IMG/VR virus record: IMGVR_UViG_3300043313_000605
Coordinates: 129 to 64,128 of that record
Source of the DNA: a virus
Taxonomy: Duplodnaviria > Caudoviricetes
Direction: 5' to 3' (one strand)
Length of the DNA stretch: 64,000 nt
In this document: positions 37,499 to 48,556 of the stretch, piece after piece
How positions within the stretch are numbered: position 1 is the first letter of the stretch
Layout of the letters: each line of letters begins with the position of its first letter
Position numbers and translations under genes: made by a program
The notes under the pieces: generated by a model
Seen by the model: only the letters and a program-made list of their open reading frames with translations
What the model was told of the DNA's origin: nothing
Databases searched by the model: none

Positions 37499-40135
37499 TT
37501 ATACCTTTTTGACGGTCAGTGTGAACAACAGCGACTTTACAGCGCTGCCGGCCGTGAGGCTTTCGAGCGTCACGATGATGTCGTCATCGGCAGAAAATGT
37601 CGGCACGGCCCATCCAGTTGCTGATGCACCGTTCTCGGCATTCTCGTCGTCAGCGGTAACCGATAGCACCCCACCAACCATATCGATGAGCGCCTGATCA
37701 GACTCGCGTACTTTCTTCACTGAAAACGTTCCAGTGAACGGAACCTGCGCACGATTCTCGTCGAGCGCGCGGACCTTCCAACGCAGTGTCGTTCCGTTGA
37801 AATCCGGCGCCGCACGAAGCCAATCGCCGGCCACGCCCATCACCGCGCCGTTGCCGAACGGATACTGAATTGTCGGATCGATCATTGCCGCCGCAATCGC
37901 TGCTGCAATCGCTGCATCGACGTCGATCGGCTTCGGCGGAATCGCGATCCGCGCGACGCGACTGTTCTGCACGCCGTCCGTCGCGAGCGCGCCGACGTGC
38001 AACATCTGCGTCCCCACAGGCGCTGGCGTCGTATACGCGTACGGCCCCGTCGAGTCGAGCGTGCCGACGAGCACCGCCGCATCGCTCGGTGGCGTATCCA
38101 TCGCGCTCGCGAACCGAATGCCGGTCGCGCCGTTTGGCAGTGTGGCCGTCACGATCACATCGGTGCCCGAGTACACGAACGAGAGCACTGGCTGCGAGAG
38201 TCCCGTCGTGCCGACTGTCGGCTGCGGGAACTCGCCCACGAGATACTGCGTCACGCCGTCGTCGTCCGTGTAGCTCACGCGATAGAACGCGCGCGTGGAG
38301 TACACTGGATTCTTCAGCATCTCGTAGTCGTACACCGTGTCGGTGTCGGCCACCCATGCAGTCGCGGCGCCATCGCCCACCTGCTCCGAATACTCGACCG
38401 CCGTCACGCGCAATTGCGGATCGGTGATGAGCAGATTGTAGACGACTGAAACGAGTGTATCGATCGCCACCAGCACTTCAACGGTTGGCGCGATGTACTG
38501 ATCGCCGGGGACCGTTGGCTGCGCCGGCAATTCGGCTTCGTAGCTCGGCGCTTCCATCGACCAGTAGTCTTCGATGAACGTGCCGCTGATCTTGCCATCG
38601 TCGAGCGAGCCGTAGTCGATCTCGCCGATGCGAACGACTTTGCCGTACAGTCCCTTTTCCGGCCACAGGATGCGCACCAACTGTCCCGGTGTGTACTGGA
38701 GCAGGTAGCGATTGCCAACGAACGAGCCGCGCCCCAAGATCGACGACTGCACGCGCAGATCACGCTGGGCCACCTGCAACGCAAGGCTCGGCCGCGTGAT
38801 GCTCATGTACTGCACCGTCTGTGCGTTGAACCGCTGCGCCTGTTGAATGGCCGCAAGGTTCTGCACCTTCACCACGTCTTTCAGAAGATCGCGATAGACG
38901 TTGGTGAATTCGACGTTGACCTGATTGACGTTCTGGTTGATGGCCGACTCAGCATACTCGACGCTCGTCAGCACGGACTTGTCCAAGAGCGGCAGCGTCG
39001 AGATGTCACCCGTGTACGGACGCAGGAGCCGCAGCCGGTACTGGCCCTTCTGGAGATCGAAGTAGATCACCCCGTCGATGTGCCGCAGCACATCGTTGAC
39101 GTCATCTTCGCTCGCGCGAATCGTCTCGATGCGATGCGACAGGCCAAAGTTCTCTGACACCAACTGCTCCCACACATTGATCCAATCCTGCTTGTACATG
39201 AACGCGTGCGGGATGCCCAACCCTGTCTTGTGGTTGGTCATCATCTCCCAGAGGATGCCCGCTGGGTTCGCATCGCCTTCCACGAATCCGGCTGGCAGGA
39301 ACCCGCCCATCGCGCGGAACACGCGCTGCTCGTACGGCATGAGCGGCAAGCCGCTCCCGAGCATCGGCACTGAACGCGACGCCACGACTTCGATCGACGG
39401 GAACTGGGGCGAGCGCCCCATGTACACGTCGTTGAAGACGAGGTACGCCCACTCCGAATAGACTGGCTCCTCGTAGCCGGGGTTGAGCACCGCATCGATC
39501 GCGGCAATCTGCGGGTTCGGCAGATGCGATCCGTCGCCGGGATAGATATTGATGACACCAGCCACGCCACCAGCATCGCCAAGAATATTGCGCGCGCTGA
39601 TCGTCCCGGTGCCGCCGTTCGGGAACTTGCCCGTGCCGAAGTTGATCGCCAAGTTCATCGGCGGTCCCGTCATCGTCTGGTTCCACTGCGACGTGTACGC
39701 CTGCCCGTCTTGCGTCAGACCGCCAAGCGGCACGCCGGTTACCTGATAGGACTGGATGGCTGCACGGCTCAACACCTTCGTACCGTTGATGATCCAGTCG
39801 AGATGCCCTTGCAGCTTGCCATAGCCGAGCCACGCGCACGCCGTCATGTAGAAATCGTATCCAGTGACGCGTGAGCCGTAGCGAATACCAAGAAACGTCT
39901 TGTCTTCCTTCACTTCGCGCCGGTACGTCTTCACTTCGCGATACACGTTGATCCCGAGCCGATGCGTGCCCCAGAACAGCGGCAGCGGCTTGTCCGGATC
40001 ACTCTCCGGAGGCTTCGGCATCCCCGGATCAGGCGCATCGTCACCACCGCCCGTGAGCGCCTGAATCGCGATGTTGATGGCAACGCCGATCGCGAGTTGC
40101 TTGAACAGGCTGCCCCAATTCACGTTGAGCGCCAT
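37499..40135 (-). CDS. tail tip/central fibre (host-specificity) protein
   Basis: KPLPLFWGT, DANPAGILWEMMTN...GLG, VLRHIDG, NQVNVEF, ALQVAQRDLR; GTA-type tail tip layout. Confidence 0.85.
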   Translation of the reverse strand: MALNVNWGSLFKQLAIGVAINIAIQALTGGGDDAPDPGMPKPPESDPDKPLPLFWGTHRLGINVYREVKTYRREVKEDKTFLGIRYGSRVTGYDFYMTACAWLGYGKLQGHLDWIINGTKVLSRAAIQSYQVTGVPLGGLTQDGQAYTSQWNQTMTGPPMNLAINFGTGKFPNGGTGTISARNILGDAGGVAGVINIYPGDGSHLPNPQIAAIDAVLNPGYEEPVYSEWAYLVFNDVYMGRSPQFPSIEVVASRSVPMLGSGLPLMPYEQRVFRAMGGFLPAGFVEGDANPAGILWEMMTNHKTGLGIPHAFMYKQDWINVWEQLVSENFGLSHRIETIRASEDDVNDVLRHIDGVIYFDLQKGQYRLRLLRPYTGDISTLPLLDKSVLTSVEYAESAINQNVNQVNVEFTNVYRDLLKDVVKVQNLAAIQQAQRFNAQTVQYMSITRPSLALQVAQRDLRVQSSILGRGSFVGNRYLLQYTPGQLVRILWPEKGLYGKVVRIGEIDYGSLDDGKISGTFIEDYWSMEAPSYEAELPAQPTVPGDQYIAPTVEVLVAIDTLVSVVYNLLITDPQLRVTAVEYSEQVGDGAATAWVADTDTVYDYEMLKNPVYSTRAFYRVSYTDDDGVTQYLVGEFPQPTVGTTGLSQPVLSFVYSGTDVIVTATLPNGATGIRFASAMDTPPSDAAVLVGTLDSTGPYAYTTPAPVGTQMLHVGALATDGVQNSRVARIAIPPKPIDVDAAIAAAIAAAMIDPTIQYPFGNGAVMGVAGDWLRAAPDFNGTTLRWKVRALDENRAQVPFTGTFSVKKVRESDQALIDMVGGVLSVTADDENAENGASATGWAVPTFSADDDIIVTLESLTAGSAVKSLLFTLTVKKV

Positions 40136-40138
40136 GAA

Positions 40139-40963
40139 TTATTCCGCGTCGCTGAATGGTGACGTGACCGGCCACTTCGCGAAGCCACCAAAATTGCGCG
40201 TGTTGTCGAACCGGCTCTGGCAGATATCATACGTGCGCGAGCAGCCCTTGTAGATCGCCACCGTCTCTCCGAGCATGTCGTCCGGCATTGGCGTCATCAG
40301 AATCAGCGAACTGGAGACGTTGCGCTCGATGAACCACCGCTGCTTGCCGACGACCAGCACGCCGCCCGCATACGACCCACCGCGTAGCATGATCTGCACG
40401 CTGTCGGTGATCGTATCGGTGACGGTGATCTGGCGCCCTGCCACGAGCGAGATGTCCGTATCGAGCCGGTAGTCTTCCATGTTCACGCCACAGCCTGTGT
40501 CGTAGAGCGCGTGATTGCACTGCGTTCCACCAACAACACGCAACATCGGCCGACGCATGAGATTCTGCATCGATGCCACTTCCACCTGCGCATGCGAGTC
40601 ATGGCGAATGAGATCGGTCACTTCGCCGATCCACGCCGGCCAGTATTCCTCGTCTCCCTCGGTCGTCAGCGCGATGCGCAGGTAGAGCGTGCCGTTGGCG
40701 TTGTTCAACCCTCTCAGCAGTAGCTCGGCACCCAATGGATGCCGGCGCGCGATGTTGAGCGTCGTCGTGCTCTGCGTCGATTCTTCCGACTGCTTGAAGC
40801 GCTCGCGCCCCGCCAGTGACGCGCGATAGGTGATGCCATCGCGCACGACATCGACGTCATGCGACGTGAAGTACCACGCCTCGTTCCCGCGCGCGACCGT
40901 GAACAACTCGATTGGCTCGCTCGCGAACTGGTTGGCGGCAATTTCGTTCGGCAGGAAACTCAT
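40139..40963 (-). CDS. BR0599/DUF2163-like tail hub protein
   Basis: PIELF...YFTSHD, CNHALYDTGCGV, GCSRTYDICQSRFDNTRNFGGF. Confidence 0.85.
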   Translation of the reverse strand: MSFLPNEIAANQFASEPIELFTVARGNEAWYFTSHDVDVVRDGITYRASLAGRERFKQSEESTQSTTTLNIARRHPLGAELLLRGLNNANGTLYLRIALTTEGDEEYWPAWIGEVTDLIRHDSHAQVEVASMQNLMRRPMLRVVGGTQCNHALYDTGCGVNMEDYRLDTDISLVAGRQITVTDTITDSVQIMLRGGSYAGGVLVVGKQRWFIERNVSSSLILMTPMPDDMLGETVAIYKGCSRTYDICQSRFDNTRNFGGFAKWPVTSPFSDAE

Positions 40964-42183
40964 AGTGCCTGAATGGTTCCGGGGAAATACGCGAGACTCC
41001 AGTACGGTCCACCGCCAGCGCCCCAGTTGACCCACGGACGCCCGCCACCATCGCTGCCACTAGCCAGCAGTAGATGCCCGTATAGTTCAATGCGAATCTG
41101 GTCGCCATCGGCCAACATGAACTCGACGTACGGAAACGTGAGCGTCACTGATCCAATAGAAATCCACCCGTTGCCCCAGTTACTCAGGAACGGTCCGTAC
41201 ACATCAACGCCACCGCGCTCGACCCACATGCGCGCTTGGAATCCATTCCATTGCCAGTTGTTTTGCGCTGATCCAGTCGTGAACCGGATGAACACCTGCG
41301 CTGGCCCAGCGATCAGCGACACCGTTTCGGCGAGCGGCACGCTGACCCATCCAACCTCTGCAACTGGCGAGATGTACGCGGATGCGTACGGCGGCGGCTG
41401 GTTCGCGTCAGCGGGAACCGTGACATCACCCATCAACGTCTTTTCCCGGCGTCCGTCACCGGGGATGCCTCCCGGTTCCGGGGTCGAGATATACGTCCCG
41501 TCGCCCCAGTCTCCACCACTCAGCCTGAATTCCGTCACACCAATCGTGTTCCACGGTGGGTAGCTCGCTGGGATGTTCTCGACCGAGAGTGTGACGATCG
41601 CTTTCTCGCCATCCAGATGCTCGATCACCACGTCATCGGATTCGAGACGCACGAACCGCAGGAACATGAATCGGTGCGTCTTCGACGTTGCGAAGTCGAT
41701 CGCCGTCCCGGCGTTCTGCGCACCAAACAACTGCTCCTGATTCGCTGGAAGCTGATCGACGTCGTAGATCGTCCGAATGCCCCAGCTTGACGTATCGGAC
41801 TGGCTCACCCAGAAGATCGTCCGCATCGCGACGATCGGAAACAGCCGCGTGTAGTAATCGATGTCCGTGATGATGATGTTACTGCCGCCACCGACCAGCA
41901 CGTCGAGATCATCGTTCCACGTTGGCAACCAGAACGGGCGTGCGCGTCCATCGAGCGCGCGAATGAACAGTTCTAGCTCATTCAATTCGTCGCGCGTCTT
42001 GCAGAGGAATGCGATCTGTTCTTTCGCATTCGGGAGCGTGCTGTGCGTCACTCCGAGCCCGCCACCGGCATCGCCCTCGAATTCGTCCATGTCGAGACTG
42101 AACGTGCGCGCCGTCGCCGACGCGTCGAGATCAGGCGGCAGCAGCAGCAGCGGAATGTCGTCGTACAGCGCGCTGATGGGCAT
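40960..42183 (-). CDS. distal-tail-like virion protein
   Basis: LDGRARPFWLPTWNDD and VRLESDDVVIEH motifs; position after the tape measure. Confidence 0.75.
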   Translation of the reverse strand: MPISALYDDIPLLLLPPDLDASATARTFSLDMDEFEGDAGGGLGVTHSTLPNAKEQIAFLCKTRDELNELELFIRALDGRARPFWLPTWNDDLDVLVGGGSNIIITDIDYYTRLFPIVAMRTIFWVSQSDTSSWGIRTIYDVDQLPANQEQLFGAQNAGTAIDFATSKTHRFMFLRFVRLESDDVVIEHLDGEKAIVTLSVENIPASYPPWNTIGVTEFRLSGGDWGDGTYISTPEPGGIPGDGRREKTLMGDVTVPADANQPPPYASAYISPVAEVGWVSVPLAETVSLIAGPAQVFIRFTTGSAQNNWQWNGFQARMWVERGGVDVYGPFLSNWGNGWISIGSVTLTFPYVEFMLADGDQIRIELYGHLLLASGSDGGGRPWVNWGAGGGPYWSLAYFPGTIQAL

Positions 42184-43067
42184 TAGGCGAACGGCTGGAT
42201 GGCGATTTCGTACGTCGTTTCAATCAACCCACTCTCAACCACGACTTGCGCCGTATCGGCGGACCCGAGCGAACTGATATTCTTGACATTCCAGACGTTC
42301 GGCATCCCGGTCGGATAGACTTCGATTTGGTCGCCGGGGAACGGCGTGCAGATGATGTCCGCGTCTGGAATCAGCGTGCCGGACGCATCCTTCACTTCGA
42401 TGACGATCCCTCGGACGTCGCCGATCGCCAGCACATTGTCGTACGACTCGTCGTGCGGATAGACGTCGATCGAATCCGGCACCATCGGCTGCACCGCGCC
42501 ACCTGTCGTAATGCCGGCAATGTCTTCCTCGACTTCGATCGTCAGCACAACGGTTGCGAGCAGATTGCTCGAATCGTCGCCCCCGATCTGCGGATCGACG
42601 TAGCCGGTCACAAGCGGCAGCACGAACACGCCAGCCGGCCAGTCGTTCTCGACTGGGGTGAGCAGCGTGATCGTGTCGCCGAGTATCGAGTCGATGACAA
42701 TGCGTTCCGTGCCGATCGACTCGTGGTACAGCATTGCATCGACGAGAAACTTGCGCGGCGCGACCGGCGCATCGACCACAACGGTTGTGTCGGTGGCTAT
42801 TAGCGGCACGTTCAGCATCATCGCGTCTTCCCATCGCGGGAAGGCGATCCGCATATCCTTCGTGGTGTGCAGCAATCGCTTCAACTGCGCAGCTTCGTCC
42901 TGACTCGACGTCGTGATCGTATAGACCAGCGTCTCCCGTGGCTTCGACCGCAGGCGACGGCGCTGTTCCGCGCCGTTCCGCATGGGAATGATGTCCGTCT
43001 TCCACGACAGCTTGCGGGCGACGTTCGATTCCCAGTTATGCTCTAGCACGAATGCGGGCGCCGTCAT
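42183..43067 (-). CDS. tail protein
   Basis: HNWESNV...LSWKTDII...GAEQRRRLRSKPR, typical of proteins following a tape measure. Confidence 0.75.
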   Translation of the reverse strand: MTAPAFVLEHNWESNVARKLSWKTDIIPMRNGAEQRRRLRSKPRETLVYTITTSSQDEAAQLKRLLHTTKDMRIAFPRWEDAMMLNVPLIATDTTVVVDAPVAPRKFLVDAMLYHESIGTERIVIDSILGDTITLLTPVENDWPAGVFVLPLVTGYVDPQIGGDDSSNLLATVVLTIEVEEDIAGITTGGAVQPMVPDSIDVYPHDESYDNVLAIGDVRGIVIEVKDASGTLIPDADIICTPFPGDQIEVYPTGMPNVWNVKNISSLGSADTAQVVVESGLIETTYEIAIQPFA

Positions 43068-46000
43068 CCGATGATCCCCTTCGCGCTACGACGGTTGCGG
43101 CGCAGGTTCCGCATTGTGACAGCGGCGCCGGGGTCGGACTGCTGCACCTTCAGGATGTGCGAATCGTTCGACTGCACGTCGAGCATCACGCGCACCGCCT
43201 GCGGAGTCGCGCTGGCCCCGCTGCCGCGCGCGAGCGCCGCGACCGACGCGTCCACCGCCCCGCCATCGGCATACCGTGACATCGTTGGCGACGACACATT
43301 CGGCACCGTGAACGACGGCATCACGACCGCCTGATCCGTCGTCGTGAACGCCATCGATCGGCGCGGACCAGACAGCCCCTGCCCACCATTCAAGCCAGCG
43401 CCGAACGCCGCCGCCCCGCCCATCTGGATCGGTTGGCCGATGCCGCGCGAGAAGCTGTTGATCTGGTTGACGAGTCCTTCGGCACCACTCGCGCCGTTGG
43501 CGAGCGCCGCGCGCGCGAGCGCCGCCGCCGCCGCCGAGAGCGCCGCCGCTGCCCCAGAGAGCGCGGTCGCGGACGGCACCATCGACGCGCCGAGCGCGGA
43601 ACTGGCCGTCAGCAGAGCGGCCCCAGCCGCCTGAAGGCCCGTTGCCGCCGCCAATTCAGCAGCCTCGACCGCACCATCGCCCGCCACAGCCCCGATCTCC
43701 CGCACGGTGGCGTTCCCGATCGCGTCCCCGGCCGCTGCGCCGCCCAGCGTGGCGCTAAGGGCCGGCAGCATGCCCTGCAAGGTAGCCATCGACGCCGCAA
43801 ACGTGCTTGCCGCCTGCACGTTCGTGGTAGCAGCGGCCACCTGCTCTTTCGCCGCCGTCTGCTGGAGCACCGCCGACGACATGTCGCCGCCGATGTTGAT
43901 ACCGATCTTCGCGAGCGCACCCCGCGCCATCCGGGTCAGGTTCTGAGCGAACTCCTGCGCCAACTGTTGTTGGAGCGCCCGGAGGATCGAGAGCGAGACG
44001 TCCTTCGCGAAGTCGATCAGGCTGTACAGCCGCTCTTTCGTCTTCTCCACCATCTTGCCGGTGTTCTCGTCGAAGTAGCGTACCGTCTCCTCGATGTGCG
44101 TCCCGATGTTGCCGAACGCCTCGGCCACGCCGGACTGGAATCCATTCAGCCCGATCTCGACGTAGCGCGCGAGATCGCTGACCGCCAACCGTTGTGCTTC
44201 GACCAGATTCCCCAACTCGACTTCAAGCTGACGCACCGACTCGATCGCTTCGTCGTTCTTCGACGCTTCCGCGAACGCGCGCATCGCCGGCAGCGCGCGC
44301 TCGATCGCCGCGATCTGCGCATCGTACGCCGCACCGACCGCGCGCGCCTGCTCGGCGGTCGTGATCATACCACGCGCCGCCAATGCATTGATCTCGCCGA
44401 TCCGATTCTGCGCCTGCGACGACGCGCGGCTGATGACGCGGTTCAGGTCTTCCAGCTTCGCGCGCGCGACTTCGACGTTGATGAAATCGTCGAGCCCGAG
44501 CGTGGGCACCTTGTTGATCTCCATCACGCGGCGCAGCTTTTGGAACTGCTGCTCCAGTTCGATGCGACGCGCCTCGCCGGTCTGCTCGTCCTGCCGCAGC
44601 CGCGCGAGACTCAGTTGCGCCAATTCGTCATTCAGCGACTTCTCCAGATCGGTCAGCTTACGCTTCGCGTCTTGCGCGAGCCCGATCCGACGATTCACGA
44701 GATCGTTGATGTCCTGCTGAATCTTGGCTCGCTCGCCGACGTCTTCCGTATGCGCGAGCAGTTCACGCCGCAGCTTGATCTCCGCGTTGACGGCATCCCG
44801 CTCTGCGCGAAGTAGCGTGGTGACGTAATCGGCAAAGCTGATCTCCTGATGATCCAGTTCCTCGTCGAGCGCATCCTTCGCGCGCTTGAACGCGTTGCGC
44901 ACCTGCTCGATCGCCGCCTCGATCATCTGGCGGAAATCATTCGACTTTTTCGGCTCCTTGTCTTCTGGATCAGGAACGATTTTCGTTGGCTTTAGCTTGG
45001 CCGTTTCCTTGTTCAGATTGTTCATGGCGCCCAAGATGGCCGTCACGCGATTTTCTGCGTCGTCCAATGTTGGCGTCAGCCGCTCGATCGACTCGCGCGC
45101 CTGCTTCGCCTGATCTTGGAACTTGTCGGCCAGTGTATTGTCCCCAGCCGCGCGCGCGCGATCCGACGCCGCCTCGTTCGCGTTCGCAAGATCGCGTTCC
45201 AGATCAAGTTGCGACTTGATCGTGTCGGCGTTGGCGCGAGCGCTCTCGAATTGCGTCACCAGTAGATTTTCCTGCGCGATCTGCAACTGCTTCACGGCTT
45301 GGGCCGTTTCCTTCGCGCCAGCCCCCCACTTGGACAGTTGCTCGGTGTATTGCGGTGCGATCTGGATGATCTGCGCAACGATCGTCTTCAGCTTTTCCTG
45401 CGCTTCTGCGAGTCCAGCCCCGGACAGCTTTCCCGAGTCGATCTTTTTCTTCAGCAGCTCGTACTCGACAGTCAGCTTCGCGACCTCCGTTGCGTTATCG
45501 CGCGCCTTCTCATCCGCCAGTTCCAGACTACGCTGCGCCTTCTCGGCCGCGACGTCCACCGTGCCGAGTGCCTCGCCGAGCATGCTCAGGCCACCAGAAA
45601 TCACGCGGAACCCGATGCCGACCGGCGTCCACTTCAGGAACGTCGTGATTTTGTCCAGCCCTTCCTGAAACTCGTGAGACTGGAACTGCTTGATCGTCCA
45701 CCCCAGCGTATCGGCAGTCAACTGCATCAGCTTCGCGATCGACCGCAGTAGCTTCTCCCACGTTCCCGTCTCGGCCGCAACGCCGAGCGTCTTCGCGATG
45801 ATCTCGACCGTGACGCCGAGTACGCGACCCATCTGCGTCGCCAGTTCCTTCGCGCCGGCAATCACGCCGTCGATCGACGCACGGTTCTCCTCGAAGTAGC
45901 GAGACAGTTGCGCCGCAGCGCCAAACGCGTTGCGGATCGCCTTCGTCATCAGTGATCCGATCGAGCCAAAGATGTCCTGCGCGATTTTGACGATGCCCTG

Positions 46001-47677
46001 AAACTTGTCGGCGATCTTCGCATTCGGAATGTCGAAGAATCCGACGAGTGCCGCGTTGCCCTCACGCCGCAGCGCATCGAACAGCGGCTTCGTGGCCGCG
46101 CCCGCGAAGACGTCGAAGCCTTCCTTCAGGTTCGACAGGAGCACGGTCATGTTCTGCATCGAGCGTTCGCCCGCGAGCGAGAATTGGCTGAACCGCTGGA
46201 TCAGTCGCTCCGCGAACACGCCCTGCTGCTTCCACGACGAGATCAATTCATTCGAGATACCGAGCGTCTTGGCAATACGCGTGTTGTACGTGACCGTGCC
46301 GGCGAGCAACGACCGCACTTCCTCGTTCAACTGGTGCATCGGGAGCCCGATCGCGGACGCGGCCTGCGTCACGCCGATCGTGAATTTCCGAATCTCGTCG
46401 AGATTGAGCCCGCTCCGAAGACCGGGACCGACCGCTTGCTGGAACGCCGTGACCAACTGCTCGGTCGTCGCGGCGGTCGCCAAGCCGGCGACACGCAACT
46501 GCGTCACCTGCTCCTCGCTCACGGCCATCGCGGCATCGAGCGCCTTCGATCCTTCCAGCAGCCGGTTCTGCGAATCGTACAGCTTCGCCTGCGCCGTGAT
46601 CAGCGTCGCGATACCGAGCGTCGCCTGATTGACCGTCTCGTTGAACTGGAAGCCGGCGCGAATGAACGCCATGAACTGCCGCGCACCCGTGATCGCCGTG
46701 CCCAACTGAATGAGCCGGCGCACGAGCAGATGCGTCGCGGTGGCACTCGTGTGCGTGCGAACCGCGTTCTCGCGAAGCGCCGTGTTGTGCTGGCGCATCG
46801 CAGCACCAGCACGCGACGCCGCGTTGATTTGAGCAACCTGCGCACGCGACGCCGCGTTGATTTGAGCAACCTGCACCGCCGCTGCCGCATGCTGCGCTGC
46901 CGCCGCGCGATTCGACGCGGCAATCTGGGCGGCAGCCAGCCGGGATGCGGCAGCCGTCGCACGATTGGTTGCCTGCGTCTGCTGATTGAGCGCCGCAACC
47001 GTTGCGCGCGTGCCCGCGAGCGCCGCCTGCGTCTGCTGCGCCATCGCGCGCGCCTGCTGGGCATTGCCCTGCAATGCCGCCTGCGTCGCCTGCTGCTGCG
47101 TTCTCGCCGCCTGCGACGCCGATGCGATATTCGCGCGAATCTGGGCCTGCTGCTGGTTCGCCTGCTGACGACCGGCTTCGACCATCGCCTGTGTCTGCGC
47201 GTGCATCGCACGTACCTGATCGGCCGTGCCCTTAATGATGCTGGCCGTTCGCTGCTGCTGCGCGCGCGCGGATGCGGATGCGGCCTGTACCTGCGCCTGC
47301 GTCTGCTGCTGCAACGCGCGCGTCTGCTCCGCAATCGCCTGTCGCTGTGACCGCGCGCCCTCGATCGCCGCCTGCGTCGCCTGCTGCTGCGCGCGCGTGT
47401 GCTCGCGCGCCGCCATGCTCGCCTCGTGCTGCGCCGTGACCAGCGCCTTCATGGCAGTCATCTGCGCGCGGATCGACGCGACGTAGCGCTGGATCGACGC
47501 CTGACTCTTGGCGTACGTCGCGGCAATCTTTTCGGCTTCCGACCGATCGCGTGCCGCCGCCGCCGCGTTTTGCTTCGACGACTCCGTGAGTTGCTTCAGT
47601 GCTTCGGCGACTGCCTGAAGCAGCGCCTTCGCACCGGCATCCTTCGCACTAATTTTTAGACTGATATCGTCTGGCAT
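43064..47677 (-). CDS. tail tape measure protein
   Basis: 1537 aa, Ala/Gln-rich coiled coil; C-terminal YADGG; follows the tail chaperone. Confidence 0.9.
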   Translation of the reverse strand: MPDDISLKISAKDAGAKALLQAVAEALKQLTESSKQNAAAAARDRSEAEKIAATYAKSQASIQRYVASIRAQMTAMKALVTAQHEASMAAREHTRAQQQATQAAIEGARSQRQAIAEQTRALQQQTQAQVQAASASARAQQQRTASIIKGTADQVRAMHAQTQAMVEAGRQQANQQQAQIRANIASASQAARTQQQATQAALQGNAQQARAMAQQTQAALAGTRATVAALNQQTQATNRATAAASRLAAAQIAASNRAAAAQHAAAAVQVAQINAASRAQVAQINAASRAGAAMRQHNTALRENAVRTHTSATATHLLVRRLIQLGTAITGARQFMAFIRAGFQFNETVNQATLGIATLITAQAKLYDSQNRLLEGSKALDAAMAVSEEQVTQLRVAGLATAATTEQLVTAFQQAVGPGLRSGLNLDEIRKFTIGVTQAASAIGLPMHQLNEEVRSLLAGTVTYNTRIAKTLGISNELISSWKQQGVFAERLIQRFSQFSLAGERSMQNMTVLLSNLKEGFDVFAGAATKPLFDALRREGNAALVGFFDIPNAKIADKFQGIVKIAQDIFGSIGSLMTKAIRNAFGAAAQLSRYFEENRASIDGVIAGAKELATQMGRVLGVTVEIIAKTLGVAAETGTWEKLLRSIAKLMQLTADTLGWTIKQFQSHEFQEGLDKITTFLKWTPVGIGFRVISGGLSMLGEALGTVDVAAEKAQRSLELADEKARDNATEVAKLTVEYELLKKKIDSGKLSGAGLAEAQEKLKTIVAQIIQIAPQYTEQLSKWGAGAKETAQAVKQLQIAQENLLVTQFESARANADTIKSQLDLERDLANANEAASDRARAAGDNTLADKFQDQAKQARESIERLTPTLDDAENRVTAILGAMNNLNKETAKLKPTKIVPDPEDKEPKKSNDFRQMIEAAIEQVRNAFKRAKDALDEELDHQEISFADYVTTLLRAERDAVNAEIKLRRELLAHTEDVGERAKIQQDINDLVNRRIGLAQDAKRKLTDLEKSLNDELAQLSLARLRQDEQTGEARRIELEQQFQKLRRVMEINKVPTLGLDDFINVEVARAKLEDLNRVISRASSQAQNRIGEINALAARGMITTAEQARAVGAAYDAQIAAIERALPAMRAFAEASKNDEAIESVRQLEVELGNLVEAQRLAVSDLARYVEIGLNGFQSGVAEAFGNIGTHIEETVRYFDENTGKMVEKTKERLYSLIDFAKDVSLSILRALQQQLAQEFAQNLTRMARGALAKIGINIGGDMSSAVLQQTAAKEQVAAATTNVQAASTFAASMATLQGMLPALSATLGGAAAGDAIGNATVREIGAVAGDGAVEAAELAAATGLQAAGAALLTASSALGASMVPSATALSGAAAALSAAAAALARAALANGASGAEGLVNQINSFSRGIGQPIQMGGAAAFGAGLNGGQGLSGPRRSMAFTTTDQAVVMPSFTVPNVSSPTMSRYADGGAVDASVAALARGSGASATPQAVRVMLDVQSNDSHILKVQQSDPGAAVTMRNLRRNRRSAKGIIG
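46809..46874. repeat. 33-bp perfect tandem duplication in the tape measure gene
   Basis: gcacgcgacgccgcgttgatttgagcaacctgc x2 (QVAQINAASRA). Confidence 0.85.
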
Positions 47678-47679
47678 GG

Positions 47680-48083
47680 TCAGTCCTTCAGGATGTCAGG
47701 TTTCTTTGGCGGGTTCTTGCCACCGTGGAAACTGTAACGAAGCAACGCTTGCTCGTACGACTTTGCCGCTTCGGCCTTCATCAGATGCACGAACGCCAGC
47801 AGCATCTCGCGCATCGGCCAATCCAGCACGATCTCTAGTCGCTCGTAGTCGTATCCGGCGACTTCTCTGGCGATGATGTTGTAGTCACGACAGTCGAGCC
47901 AGCCTCGTGCAACGCTTTGAGCACGTCGCTTGGCACGGGCACGTTTGACGCGTTCGGAGAGGATGAAGCCGGTAACGGGGTCGCGCTCGATGTCGGTTCG
48001 CTTGACCCCTCGGGACTCGCCTCGCTTCCCTGCTCCGAAAAGTTCAGGGAAGTCAGCGTGGACGCGAGCCCTGAAGCGAAATA
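47680..48083 (-). CDS. -1 frame extension of the tail assembly chaperone (lambda gpT-like)
   Basis: Stop-free frame with no early start codon (...ADFPELFG...YNIIAREVAGYDYERLEIVLDWPMREML...KPDILKD*) ending 2 nt before the tape measure ATG. Confidence 0.6.
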
Positions 48084-48473
48084 CAGGACGAGGATCGAAG
48101 CCAACGGCCCATGCAGCGCGGCCTTGTCATTCTTGTTCGTTAGCTCACCAAAATACTCGGCGTTCGCCAATGCGTTCTCGCGCGTCCACTTCTTCCCGTC
48201 TTCGACGAGAATGCCGGCGAGAATTTCGTAGAGCGTGCCGTTCTCGTAGGCCGCTTCGACGCACTTCTGCGCCAGCACATCCAGCTTGTCTGGCGTGTTG
48301 TATGTCGCGGCAATCACTTCAAGGCCAGCCTGATCGAGTCGCGTCATCACCCACATATCCTGCCGCGATGACGTCGCCTCGGTGATCTTGAACTTCCGGC
48401 CATCCGAGAACGTGATCAGCGTTTCCTTGTCGAAATCGATCTCGTCCCGCTTCTCTTGCGTTGGTGCGGTCAT
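47835..48473 (-). CDS. tail assembly chaperone
   Basis: Between the tail tube and tape measure genes; GAGGAG RBS. Confidence 0.75.
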   Translation of the reverse strand: MTAPTQEKRDEIDFDKETLITFSDGRKFKITEATSSRQDMWVMTRLDQAGLEVIAATYNTPDKLDVLAQKCVEAAYENGTLYEILAGILVEDGKKWTRENALANAEYFGELTNKNDKAALHGPLASILVLYFASGLASTLTSLNFSEQGSEASPEGSSEPTSSATPLPASSSPNASNVPVPSDVLKALHEAGSTVVTTTSSPEKSPDTTTSD

Positions 48474-48556
48474 GCGCTCCTCGCTGGTGAGAAAGACGAC
48501 GGGGCGACAGCTTTCACGCCGCCGCCCCGCGTCTGACCAACGTAACGCCCGTGCGG

